Part shown: piece after piece, positions 52,870 through 64,000 of the stretch
How positions within the stretch are numbered: the first letter of the stretch is position 1
How the letters are laid out: each line of letters opens with the position of its first letter
Origin: Lytechinus pictus
Lineage: Eukaryota
NCBI RefSeq assembly: GCF_037042905.1
Contig: NC_087245.1
Location: 5,954,001-6,018,000, forward strand
DNA: 64,000 nucleotides
Reading direction: 5' to 3'
The notes under the pieces: generated by a model
Seen by the model: the letters and a program-made list of their open reading frames with translations, nothing else
What the model was told of the DNA's origin: nothing
Databases searched by the model: none
Translations under genes and position numbers: made by a program

Positions 52870-53802
52870 AAATAAACAGGCTTGTTGACCAGGATACTTT
52901 TAGAAACTATGTTTTTTTCTCACAGAATCCAGTCCTTGAAAATCAACCATTCGGAGATGAGCCACATAAATTGTGGTTATATACTTCAAAGAAAATTATC
53001 AGACCATTAAGCTTAGGGATTTCCTACTGTAGCCACAATTGAATATTCTATTTTATTTCTCATTAATCTTTACAAAAGCAAGTATGCACAATATATATCG
53101 TAAAATGTTTTCGACATAATACTTTATATTTTGTATGAAATAAAAAAAAGGTTCGTAGATTTTTTTGTAATCGTTCCCTCCCACAATTGTGTAAATTATT
53201 TAATTTCGGATCTCTGCTTGAGAAAAGAATCGTAATATTCTGCTGTGAGGTAAAATTGGACCATCTTCTTTCCAATTTATTCCGGATACTATGATTTTCA
53301 CATTATATTGCATAAGGAATTATCATATCAGTTATTCGGAATTGATTAACGTGAAGCAGTCCCTCCTGCATTCATGGAATGTGAACATATGCATTTTTAT
53401 GGTTCAAATCTATGAAACAGTTTACCCCAGAATAAGCAAGGTGTAACATCTTTTCCCATATTTAAGAAACAATCTAGAATTTTAACTCTTAACTCCGAAT
53501 TTAAAACAAAGCAGTATTAATTTTGATTTAATGTAAATATGATACTTTTTATTACTTATTAGTTATTTTGAATTTAATTTAAACTTAATATAAATAATCT
53601 GCTTGTATGTGATTTTAGTTTTTTAATTTAAATTTAATGTGATTTTACTTGAGTAAATATTTGTAGTTAAGTATATAGTTTTAAGTTTTTTGTGTGTAAA
53701 TTGTTATTATATGGATTTGTTTTTATTGTGCAGGGCCCCTTGGTAGAGCAGTTTTGTAACTGGAAGGGCTACCCTGCTGAAATAAAACAGAAATAAATAA
53801 AT
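52870..53802 (+). mobile_element. Highly decayed LINE 3' region and tail in AIG1 intron 1, with a similar tail at 50243-50315
   Basis: cagggccccttggtagagcag...gaagggctaccctg...aataaataaat resembles the 3' ends of the other LINEs in this window. Confidence 0.45.
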
Positions 53803-54224
53803 GATACCAAATCGTCTTAAAATTAAGGATCAACAGTTGGTTAAGTTTGTAATAATGAAACAACTTGGTCAAACTAGACTGAGCTCAATGACTTTTGACC
53901 TTGATTTCGAGACCTGAAATTTATTTCAAACCTGTCAAATGATCGATGACACTTGATCGCACAATTATTAACCAAATAGGGGAAAATGTAAGGTACGCAC
54001 TTAAAGTTATGATGGCATTTTTAGAACTGACATGACCAAGCTTTTGTTCATAATAACAAACAAATTAGGTATACATGGATGTATAGTAATAAAGTTATGC
54101 CTAATTGCATGCGAGCGAGCGACAGGACATTTCATTCATGCACGTGCACCGCAGCCATGCTGAGTATAACTATGATCCACTAATTATAGAGGTATATGTA
54201 TATTTATTATGTTCATGTTCTTAC

Positions 54225-54389
54225 CCAGCACCACATAGTAAGAAATTTAGTGTCGCCTCCATATTGATAGCTCTTAGGTCGAAAATCTGACGCATTTACC
54301 CGATAGTAAACATGCTCACAATAGTAGTAGTATGAGAAGCAATAGTAGGCAAAAGCCAAGGCGTGGAATATTTTGCCAGCAGAATCCAT
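54225..54389 (-). CDS. AIG1: AIG1/ADTRP-family gene, exon 1 (MDSAGKIFHALAFAYYCFSYYYYCEHV...YGGDTKFLTMWCW)
   Basis: aaaATGG start context, donor GG|GTAAGA. Contains the YGGxxKFLT motif with the catalytic Thr. The six exons total 696 nt (231 aa plus stop). Confidence 0.93.
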
Positions 54390-56873
54390 TTTGAATGGGA
54401 AGTAGTGTAGAGATTATCAATGTTGTCAACATGTTAATCAAGTACTTTGTCTTATTATGCAAACAGGCTTCATAGTCTGATCTCAAGTCCCGAGGTCATT
54501 GCAGAAAAATTAATCCTATCATCTGGTTCGATCTCTTCGGAAATATGAAATGCAAAGAATAATTGGGCCTAGAGATGACATCACGCGCTTGCTCAATGTA
54601 TATTTATGAAAACATGCATAACAATTAATAACTTTTTTTTTTGGTCCGATTTTCATTGTTTTGTTTTTCTGATTTTGCAAGATCTGTTCAAATCACATTA
54701 TTTCATCCTGGAGCCCCCCCCCCCCCCCTTAAATCAAGCGGGAGTATAGAGTACAGAAATCAATATCATGACACATTATCCCCATCCCACCCTCTCTGTA
54801 TCCGAATCTGATCTGAGACATTGAGAGGTTTTTGATGGAAATACGTGTCAGCTAGCTACTGAGGATAGGAAATGCACTTCGATCAGTAAATAGACTTGAT
54901 CTTGTATTGACCTTCATTGCCTCCATGGGACAGTCATTCTCATCGTAAGTTTATAGTGACAAATGAATAAAAAGATTAGATACAGGCCGATCTCAGGGGC
55001 AACCACCTTCTATCATGTCTATTGGTGTGTTGTAGGTTCGCAGTTTAGAAACATCATGTTACTGAATACACGTATCAGTCAATAGAGAAAAATTACGTCA
55101 TCCTTAGGTTGTCGTGCGCCCCCCCCCCCCGCCTTATTCGAAATACCTAGTGACGCACCTGGGTAAACTAAACACATAAACTATATGGGAACACTATGGA
55201 GTTATGAAAAAGTAAACATGTGCACTCGTTTATTGATTTCCCACCAGGTTATCTCTTTTTCAGATGATTATTAATTGCTCTGTTCAAGAAATAATATTTA
55301 CAGTTTTGCACTGAAATCTGATTATCAATACTTTTGGGGGGCACTATCTTACACCAATTAAGGAAACAATTAAAAAGAAAGGGCAGTGCAATTGAGAGGG
55401 TTACAATCCTGCTAAATATAACACACATCACACTTAAAATGATTTTTCTTTTGGTACAGCGTTGTGCCAAATTAGGCAGGCATTTATAAAAATGTTGAAA
55501 GGTTTGAAAAACGGAAATCCCCAAAATATATAGAACCAATATTGAAAAAGAAATAATATAAATGTGCTAACAGAATTATAATGACAGAAACATATCAACA
55601 AATCAACACAGGAATATGTAAAGCAGGAAAATGGTACCTCTATGGGAAGAATATATATAATTTGTAATTTCTGTTAATAAAAATGAAGAATTATACATAT
55701 TCTTGCAGGGGGAGGAAATCCCAATAACCTTGAGTGTTACGTTACATGACCACGCAAAAACCAGGGATTCGGGGTACGTCCATCCCTCCCCCGGGAAAAG
55801 TTAATTATTGAAGTGTCGACCGTTATTGTACGTAGTAAAACGTTTTTTCTGAGCTAAACCGGTATTTTTTTACTTCCGTTTAGACGACGGAAACCATTAA
55901 AAAGTGGGCACCCTCCGAAAAAGTACATTATATTCTTTTAAATAAATTTTATTACAAGCTTCATTATATTTGTTTTTTTTTATTTGGATGTATTGTCTGG
56001 ATGTGGTGTTGCAGATGAACGTAATACAAAAAGCAATTTTGCTTCTTTAGTTCCTGTGGTTCAAATAGCAGAAAGAAAATGCACCAATATACCCACTAGA
56101 CTGGTTCATGATAATTCATATTTTCTCCGAAGTTTCCGTTGAAGTATAATCTATAATCGTTATATAAAAATATACTTCAATTCAAATAAACATTTATTTT
56201 CTTCCATTTTACAAATGTTTTCATTATTGTAGACATAAATTCATACAAGTATCAGTTTGTCGTGAAGAATGTAAATATGTACATGCTTTATCTATTGTGC
56301 AACACAATTACTTTAACAAAAAAATAGTTATTTAATTATTTGTAATCACCAAATTGGTGGTCTTCCGTGTGGCCCTGTTTGATACCAAGAAATCGAACAC
56401 TTATTTTCACTGATACAATGAATCAAGCAGTGTATATCAGCTCTCGGAACTTACAGAAAATCATGGCACCAACAACCATGACAACGGAAATACGACGAAA
56501 ATATGACGTCATGATCGTCACACACTGTTGTACAATTTTGATAGCAAATGAAATAGCAAAAAAAAAAGATATTTTACGTTCTCACCTAAATGAATTTAAT
56601 TTATACGTTCACTAATTATATTTATTTTAATCATCATTATTTAAAACGATATTTCCGAAATTATTTTGTCATTAACGTCTATTTTCATTTATCATTTCAC
56701 AATTTTGTCAGGTATATTTCCTAAAATTTCTCTTCATGTATGTCATCTGCAGAACAATATCTCTGAAAAATATTATGATTTGCTCAGATAAAGTAAGATC
56801 AGACAAACAAAAAAGTGAAAATTGGAACAAAATCAGACAAGGAAAAACAAAGTTATTTCAATGAAACGCTTCT

Positions 56874-59800
56874 ATGCAAGTAAGTACACCTAATATTTCA
56901 TCTGACTCTTACAAAAATGAGTATGATCGTTGTGCTGTTCTCTTAAATCAAACTAAAGGATTGAGAATCAATGCCTGCAGCTTGTTTGATAAAATGGATG
57001 AACTGAAATTTTTAATCAACAAACTTAATCTTGATGTATTTTCTATAACTGAAACTTGGTTAACTCCGTTTATTGCGAACAGTTCAATTTTGATAGATGG
57101 GTACTCCATATTCTGCCGTGACCGCGCTGATGGTCGCCGTGGAGGGGGTGTGTGTATTTTCACCAAAAACTCATTGTCAATCAACGAACGAAATGATTTA
57201 AATGATAGTACTGTTGAAAGTGTTTGGGTGAACTTAAAAGCACCATCATCTGAAAACATACTTATATGTTGTTTATACAGACCTCCAGATGCAAATAACG
57301 ATTATTTTGAAAGAATGATCGATACATTTGAAAAGGCTTCATCTGAATCGAAAGAAATTTTAATACTTGGAGATCTAAATATTGACTATCCTACCACACA
57401 TCAATGACAGTGTTAACCCTATTAATCTCATTGAAGATATTTTTGCTCTTACTCAAATGATAGACAAACCTACTCGGGTGACGTCTTCATCATCCAAATG
57501 TATCGATCACATCTTATCCTCCATGCCTGAAAAACATGTCATTAGTGATGTTGCCAAAATAAGTGTAAGTGATCATTATCTTGTATTTACTTGTATTAGT
57601 TTTAAGTCTACCATTAATGAACACAAAACCGAACGTTCTCTTAATTATAAACACTTCGATGAAGAAAAATTTATTTCAGCCATTCAAAATTCGGATGTTC
57701 TTAGTAAAAAGGAATATCAGAGTCAATATGTAACTGATGGCACGAATGGAAGGTTGAATTTATCAATATTTGTAATGAGTATGCTCCTATCAAGACAATT
57801 CGCGTAAAGAATAAAACATACCCTTGGATCACACCTCATATTGTGAAGATGATTTATAAAAGAGATTACTTAAAAAATAAATATAATTTACAATATTCTA
57901 ATGAAATTAATAAAGAATATCGTATAATGAGAAATCGTATTACTGATCGCATTAGAAAAAATAAACAGAAGCATTTTAATAATATCACTCATATATAAAT
58001 ATAAGTCAGACTCAAAAACACTTTGGAAAGAATTGCAAAAAGTTACAAATAAAAATGTTAACTCAGAAAGTTGTAATATTGACTGCAATGTTATAAATGA
58101 TTATTTCACTAATATAGGCAAAGAGATATCTAAGATTTTTGATAATTCATACATTCTAGATTGGAAACACCCCAAATGTATTCGAACTTTTAAAATTGAA
58201 CCAATTAAATCTTAAAAAATACTAAACTATTTGAGTTGTCTTGATACTAGCAGTCATCTCGACATACTGGATTTCGATACTAAGTTACTAAGACTTGCTG
58301 CTCCCTATATATATGAATCTCTATGTTCTATTTTTAATGCTAGTCTGTTCACAGGTGACATACCCTGTGATTGGAAGATTGCCCGCACTACCCTGTATAC
58401 AAGGGCAAGGGGAACAAAGATGACATTACAAACTATCGCCCTATATCTGTAGTATGCCACGTATCTAAAATGATAGAACAAATTGCAATTATTAAAATAT
58501 CTTAAAGAGAACGATATGATCAATGTCGATCAATATGCATTTCTCCCTCACCATTCTACTATCACCTGCCTTCACAGGGTAATTGATGATTTTCACGAAG
58601 CTCTTAACAATAAAGAATTAATTGGCTCATGCTTTCTTGACATTTCTAAATGTTTTGACTGTGTTAATCAAGAATAACTCTTGCTTAAACTAGAGAAATA
58701 TGGTATTTATGACAAAGAATTAAAATGGTTTTCTAACTATATTACTGAAAGAAAACAACTTGTTTCTTCAAAAGGTACAAACTCCTCTATAAAGGAATTA
58801 CCAGTAGGGGTACCACAGGGCAGTGTACTCGCTCCTGTTCTATTTTTTATTATTTATTAACGATATATCAGAAGGCCTTAATAATGCTGTATATGTTCTA
58901 TTTATGCTGATGATGTAGTTATTTATGTTACTGGCGATAATATACATAATGTTACTCTAAATTTACAAAATACGGTAAACACACTAGACAACTGGTATAA
59001 GAGAAATCGTCTTAAGATAAATGTTAGTAACACGAAGACAATGTTAATTTCTACAAAGTCAACAGAATGTCTTAATAATATCTATATTGATAATGAACTC
59101 ATAGAGCAAGTTCATTCTATCAGGTATTTGGGCATTATTATACATGAAAATTTAAAGTGGAATGACTATTCAACTGAAGACACTTATGCAAATCAACTGC
59201 TTACAAGATTTACTACCTTGGCAAATTAGCAAAATTTTTATACAAAACTTTAATTTATATATATCGTCTATACAACCATGCCTTGATTATGGTGTCTCAG
59301 TATGGGGCAACTGCCCCAACAAACTAAAATTACCCTTATTGAGACTCCAAAAAAGAGTGGCCCGTCATGTAACCTCTAACTATGATTACAATACAAATTC
59401 AGGTCTTCACTTAATGAACAAACTTTCCTGGCAAACGATTGATGATCGCCGTGATTACTTTCTATCAACCCTAATGTACCAATATGTTCACGCCCCATCC
59501 CGATTACATGGATTATGCAATGAAATGTACTTCGACAGGCATGGATTGAACACTCGTTATGCTAGCTCCCTTAACCACCAAAACAACTCTTTTGTCAATC
59601 TTTTAAATATGCCGGTGCCAAAGTATGAAATAAATTACCCACAAATTTCCAAAATGCTCAACCCTTAGATGTATTTAAGTCTCTAAACAAAAAATCTAAA
59701 TCTAATATGTCATAATAATCCCATCCCTGAACTTATATATTTTCAGTAATTTACATTACAATTTTATTCTGTCTATCATTATTCACAACTTTCAGCCCCT

Positions 59801-60094
59801 ACTTTTTTGCAATTGTTAATATACTGTAGTTGATAAGGTTATTCGTATACCAACCCTTCTTTCATGTAGGCCTATCTATTTTTTTTACCATTAATAATAA
59901 GGTGATCAATAGTGTTTCGATGTTTTTGTATTACGCTGATATTTTTATGTCTTACCCTGTTTTTTGATATATGCCTATTATTGTCATTACCATTTTATCA
60001 TGTTTTTTTATACACCAGGACCAAGATGCAAAACAGTAATTTTATCTCTGATCTTGTGAACCTGTTTAAATATGTGTGAATAAATAAATAAATA
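56874..60094 (+). mobile_element. CR1-group (L2/Crack/Daphne-like) LINE with near-complete but disrupted ORF2 (APE endonuclease and RT) and 3' UTR
   Basis: APE motifs ITETWL, RGGGVCIF, LYRPP, GDLNID, PTR, IDHI and SDH. RT motifs FLDISKCFD, GVPQGS and YADD (58903-58914). Many frameshifts and stops, and an (AATA)n tail. Confidence 0.95.
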
Positions 60095-60186
60095 GATAAC
60101 ATTTCATGAATATTCAATGAGCAAACTGATAATGTCATATCTCGACTTGTTCTTTTTTTATTGCATGAAATTATTTTGATTCAATT

Positions 60187-60602
60187 ATTTTTAGTTTTTC
60201 TTGGGTTTTCATGATTTTGTGAAACAAAACACATGTAAACTATACAAATAATATAAAAAGAAATAAGAAAAGAAAAAAAAACAGCATACAAAAAGTACAG
60301 TTTATCAACAGATAATAAGTGATATACATGTAGTAAAAGCAGTCACTTTGTCTCTTCTAAGTATTCCTCATCCCTTATAGTATAAGGCAAGAATGTAATA
60401 ACAGAGAGATAAAAATCAGGTGATTCACCTATTTTTAGAGATCTACAAAATTCCATCCTCAGAATTAATGCATATTAAGATATTCTTCAGTTACAAAAAA
60501 ATAACAATGATATAATATTTTACAACTTAAATCTCAATTTCCGAAAATGGCTTGAATGTGTATTTTTCTTGGCAATACGATATCCAATATCCTTGTTAGA
60601 GG
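60187..60602 (-). mobile_element. Short 5'-truncated retroposon insertion
   Basis: 10-bp duplication tgattcaatt (60177-60186 and 60603-60612), T-rich left end, absent from the uninterrupted host copy at 51545-51870. Confidence 0.55.
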
Positions 60603-60659
60603 TGATTCAATTTTTGTCCTCCAAGAACTAAATATTTGGAATGTCAACTGATTAAGTGC

Positions 60660-61823
60660 CAGTGGCGTACCGTGGGTCACGGCTTTGGGGGGTACCAGCA
60701 AATATTTTGTGTCACTTAGTGAGCGCGCTTTTCGCGTGCTCAGCTGCCAGGTATAGGCCTACTGACCTAATGATCTAACAGAGACATTTTAAGGACAGTG
60801 CTATTAAACTGTTATGTATCTCACTGATTAAATAATGCGAGCGCGAATTTTGGAAATTCAGACCTGAAAAGAGCCATTTAAAGGCTTGTTTGTAGGAACT
60901 CACGAAGGCCATACGTATTTCACTAACCAAATGATGCGAGCGCGAAGCACGAGCTAAATTTTTTTGTATATATTGACCCCAAACATGGATATTTTAAGGA
61001 CTATTTTTAAGGAATCAATTAAGAGTATATATATCTCACCATAGTCATCTAATACGGGTGCCAAGCGCTTGCTGATTTTGTTAGAATTACATCTAAACAC
61101 ATGAAGCACTTTTTGTAGTCATTGTAATCATGATTATCATATTCACTAATCAAACATTGCGAGCGCGAAGCGCGAGCTGAAAACTTTGGACATTCAGACC
61201 CGAAGAGGGGCATTCTAAGGCTTGTTTGTAGGAATACACTTAGACCATACGTATATCACTGAACAAATTATGCGAGCGCGAAGCGCGAGCTAAAAATTAT
61301 GATATTCAGATCAGAAAAGGGGACATTTTAAGAACTGATTTTAGGCATTTATGATGAGCAGACATATCTCACCAATCCACTAATGCAAACGTAAGCACAG
61401 AAAGGAAATGTTTAACATTAAGACCTTAAAATGGGGCAATCGCTTTAAGTAGTGATTAAAAAGAAGCACATGTCACTAATAAAACAATAACTCGAAGTGC
61501 AAGGAAATATGTTTGGTGTATATTGACTTGAAAACGGGAGGTTTTAGTACAACAGGATCATATATCTCGTTAAACAGACTATGCGAGCACCAGGAACAAT
61601 GAATACATAGGCCCTGAGCAAATTATGTTTCATAAAGTTATGAAAAAGATGTTTCTTATGTAATAAAACATTACATAATTATAATATAACATTAAAATGA
61701 ACAATAATTTCTTCTTTCCCACTACGTTTCTCTTTCTCCCTCTTCTCCTTTTCCCGTTTTTTTTGGCCAGCCAATGGGGGGCACGTGCCCCATGCCCCCC
61801 CCCCCCCCGTAGTTACGCCACTG
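60660..61823. mobile_element. ~1.2-kb non-autonomous hAT-like element
   Basis: Perfect TIR cagtggcgta / tacgccactg, exact 8-bp duplication ttaagtgc, and internal ~110-bp gcgagcgcgaagcgcgagct repeats. Confidence 0.9.
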
Positions 61824-62017
61824 TTAAGTGCATTAGATATTCACAGCATCAACTTATTATATAATTTTGATAGGGAGACATGTCATACAAACATGTATGA
61901 AAATATGAAATGATTACGCTTTTTAATATGTAACAACATAACAAATAGGAAAGTGGGGATGTGACATCATTAGCCCACCTAATTAATAATCATGACAATG
62001 TGCATATATATACATAT

Positions 62018-62357
62018 ATTGTGAAATAAATGAATGAAGAGAACAATGGTTTTCCCAGAGCTATCTGCCCTTTGGAAAAATTGGTGATGCCGAAAAAATG
62101 TCTCCGCCGGGAATCGAACCCGGACCCCAGCTTTGAACGCCGGTGCCTTAACCACTAGACCACATAGACGGGTTAGTGGCTCGGGCGACCCCGACCCGAT
62201 TGACCGTCAGATAAACAGATTTTCGACGCCACCAATTAACTTTCCTATGTCGGGTGTAGGTGAGTATTGAACAATGACAAGCCGCTATGCCTCAGCTGGA
62301 TCAAAGCTATTGCTTAGATACAGTACATGTATGGGACAAATTATACAAATGTGAGAC

Positions 62358-62363
<6 letters not shown>
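62018..62363 (-). mobile_element. TA-flanked insertion cassette carrying a tRNA-like gene
   Basis: Flanked by TA-rich sequence (short tata run on the left, long (TA)n on the right), ends gtgaaat / atttcat, and absent from the uninterrupted host repeat at 51545-51870. Confidence 0.65.
62099..62169 (-). tRNA. tRNA-like cloverleaf, anticodon TCA (opal); either a pseudo-tRNA or a suppressor-like Pol III unit
   Basis: GTCTATG TG GTCT AGTGGTTA AGGC A CCGGC GTTCAAA GCTGG GGT CCGGG TTCGATT CCCGG CGGAGAC A then TTTTTT. Box A and box B are intact and all four stems pair, apart from one acceptor-stem mismatch. Confidence 0.7.
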
Positions 62364-62400
<37 letters not shown>

Positions 62401-62528
62401 TATATATACTGTAAAGAAATTGATGAAGAGATCATTGATCTCCTCATCCATTTCTTTACAATATTTAAATAAAAGAGTTACCAAAGCTGTTGTACATGTA
62501 TAACTTTACACATATGTATACATTATAT

Positions 62529-62579
<51 letters not shown>

Positions 62580-62703
62580 TCTTTTTCATAAAATATTGCT
62601 TAAGTTTATAATTTGATATCTTTGTTATGTGTTATCAGATTTTGATGGAATTTACGGCATTTGCTGTGTGAACTTTGCACCTTTTTCAGATATAATCACT
62701 TTC

Positions 62704-64000
62704 TTTATTTATTTATTTATTTATTCAGTTTTATTTAAAAACAGGGTAGTCCTTTCAGAGCCCAAAGGCCTGCTTTACAAAAGAGCCATGTAGACATAGA
62801 AAGATTTACAAAATAAATGAAATACAATTAATATAAAGTAAAATACAATACACAATCAAAATTACATGACATATCAATGATATCACATTAAATGAATCAA
62901 AACAAAAATTAAAAACCTAGATTAAAATCAAGACAGTTTAAAAGACGAACAAAATCATAGAAATAAAGGAAATTACTTTAAAAACGTGTGACTAAAATTA
63001 AACTAAGTAAAATTTATAAATAAGTTATAAAATTGACAATTTAAAAAACTTTGAAAATTATTGATATAAAATGGAATAAAGCAGGTAGCATACAAGGACA
63101 AATAATAGAACAAAAGGTAAAATGAATCAAACAAAAAAATACATAAAGTATCACAAATACATAAAACCAAAAAGAAAAAAAAAACGTCACGATAACATCA
63201 AAACAAAAACAAAATAAATTAACATCATGGCAAAAGACATTATAAATAGGACCAGTGCATGCGTTAAAACAATAAAGAGAGTGGCCTGATTTGATTTTTA
63301 AACATTTGGAGTGAAGTTGCCGTACGTATATGAGTCGGTAGATTATTATAGATATTTGGAGCGATGTAAGAAAAGATCGCTTTTTAAATTCTGTCCTAGG
63401 TTTCGGAATAAATAGAGGACTTAGGGTAGAATGACGAGTAACATAAAAGAGTGGTCGTTTACAGGCAAAAGATTCTAAATAGTGTGGGGCTAGATTATTG
63501 AGAATTTTGAATACGAAAACAGAGTAGTGGTAGTTGATGCGAGTTTCAATACTTTGCCATTGAAGATTGTTTAAAAGGAAATCCTTTGTGGTACGATAGT
63601 CTGCATTGAGGACTAATCTAGCATATCTGTTTTGCGTCCTCTGTAATTTGAGCAAATCTTTCTTTTTACACTTACCCCAAACAACCGAACAATAATCTAT
63701 ATGTGGGAGAACAAGAGCATGGTAAAGGTGCTTGAGAATGCGTCGATTCAAGTAACATTTAATCCTTCTAATGCATGAAATAGCCCGGTTGATTTTATTA
63801 GTTAGATAAAAGATGTGCGGTGTCCAACTTAGACTTTGGTCAAGGGTTACCCCTAAATATTTGATATCAGAAACATTCTCAAGGTATTCTCTTCCGTGAA
63901 AGATATTCATACTTAGATTCTTAGTTTTATGTTTCGTCCCAAAAACCATCACTTTGGTTTTCTTTGCATTGATTTCCATATTATTTATTTCAAACCATTT
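62704..64000 (-). mobile_element. 3' part of a CR1-group LINE running off the window edge
   Basis: ORF 63041-63979 has INAKKTKVM, KYLGVTLDQSLSW, LYHALVLPHIDYCSVVWG and LQRTQNRYARLV. (TAAA)n tail at 62704-62735. Confidence 0.92.

Noticed and set aside
56874..59668. Active LINE, or a retron/DGR-type RT system
   Set aside because: It is an ordinary APE-RT ORF2 broken by many frameshifts and stops, with no ORF1 and no accessory genes.
62099..62169. Genuine tRNA-Sec gene
   Set aside because: It lacks the long variable arm, extended acceptor stem and 6-bp D stem, and it lies within an insertion.

Overview
AT-rich, intron-containing animal genomic DNA. The repeat content looks echinoid (sea-urchin-like), which is an inference. 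Two protein-coding genes lie on the minus strand. (1) At 167-5119 are the 3' exons of an unrecognised Ser/Thr/Glu-rich mucin-like gene whose 5' end I could not locate. (2) At 46653-54389 is a complete six-exon AIG1/ADTRP (FAR-17a) family membrane hydrolase gene of 231 aa, largely invisible in the ORF track, with the catalytic Thr/His pair intact and a C-terminal KKxx motif. About 30 kb between them has no recognisable gene and is filled with MITEs (TTAA, CWG, TA and 8-bp target duplications), a pearl/Helentron-like element, SINE remnants and microsatellites. Three decayed CR1-group LINE copies are present. The most unusual object is a 71-nt tRNA-like cloverleaf with a UCA (opal) anticodon and a Pol III terminator at 62099-62169. 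It sits inside a ~345-bp cassette inserted at a TA-rich site, within a stack of nested insertions.
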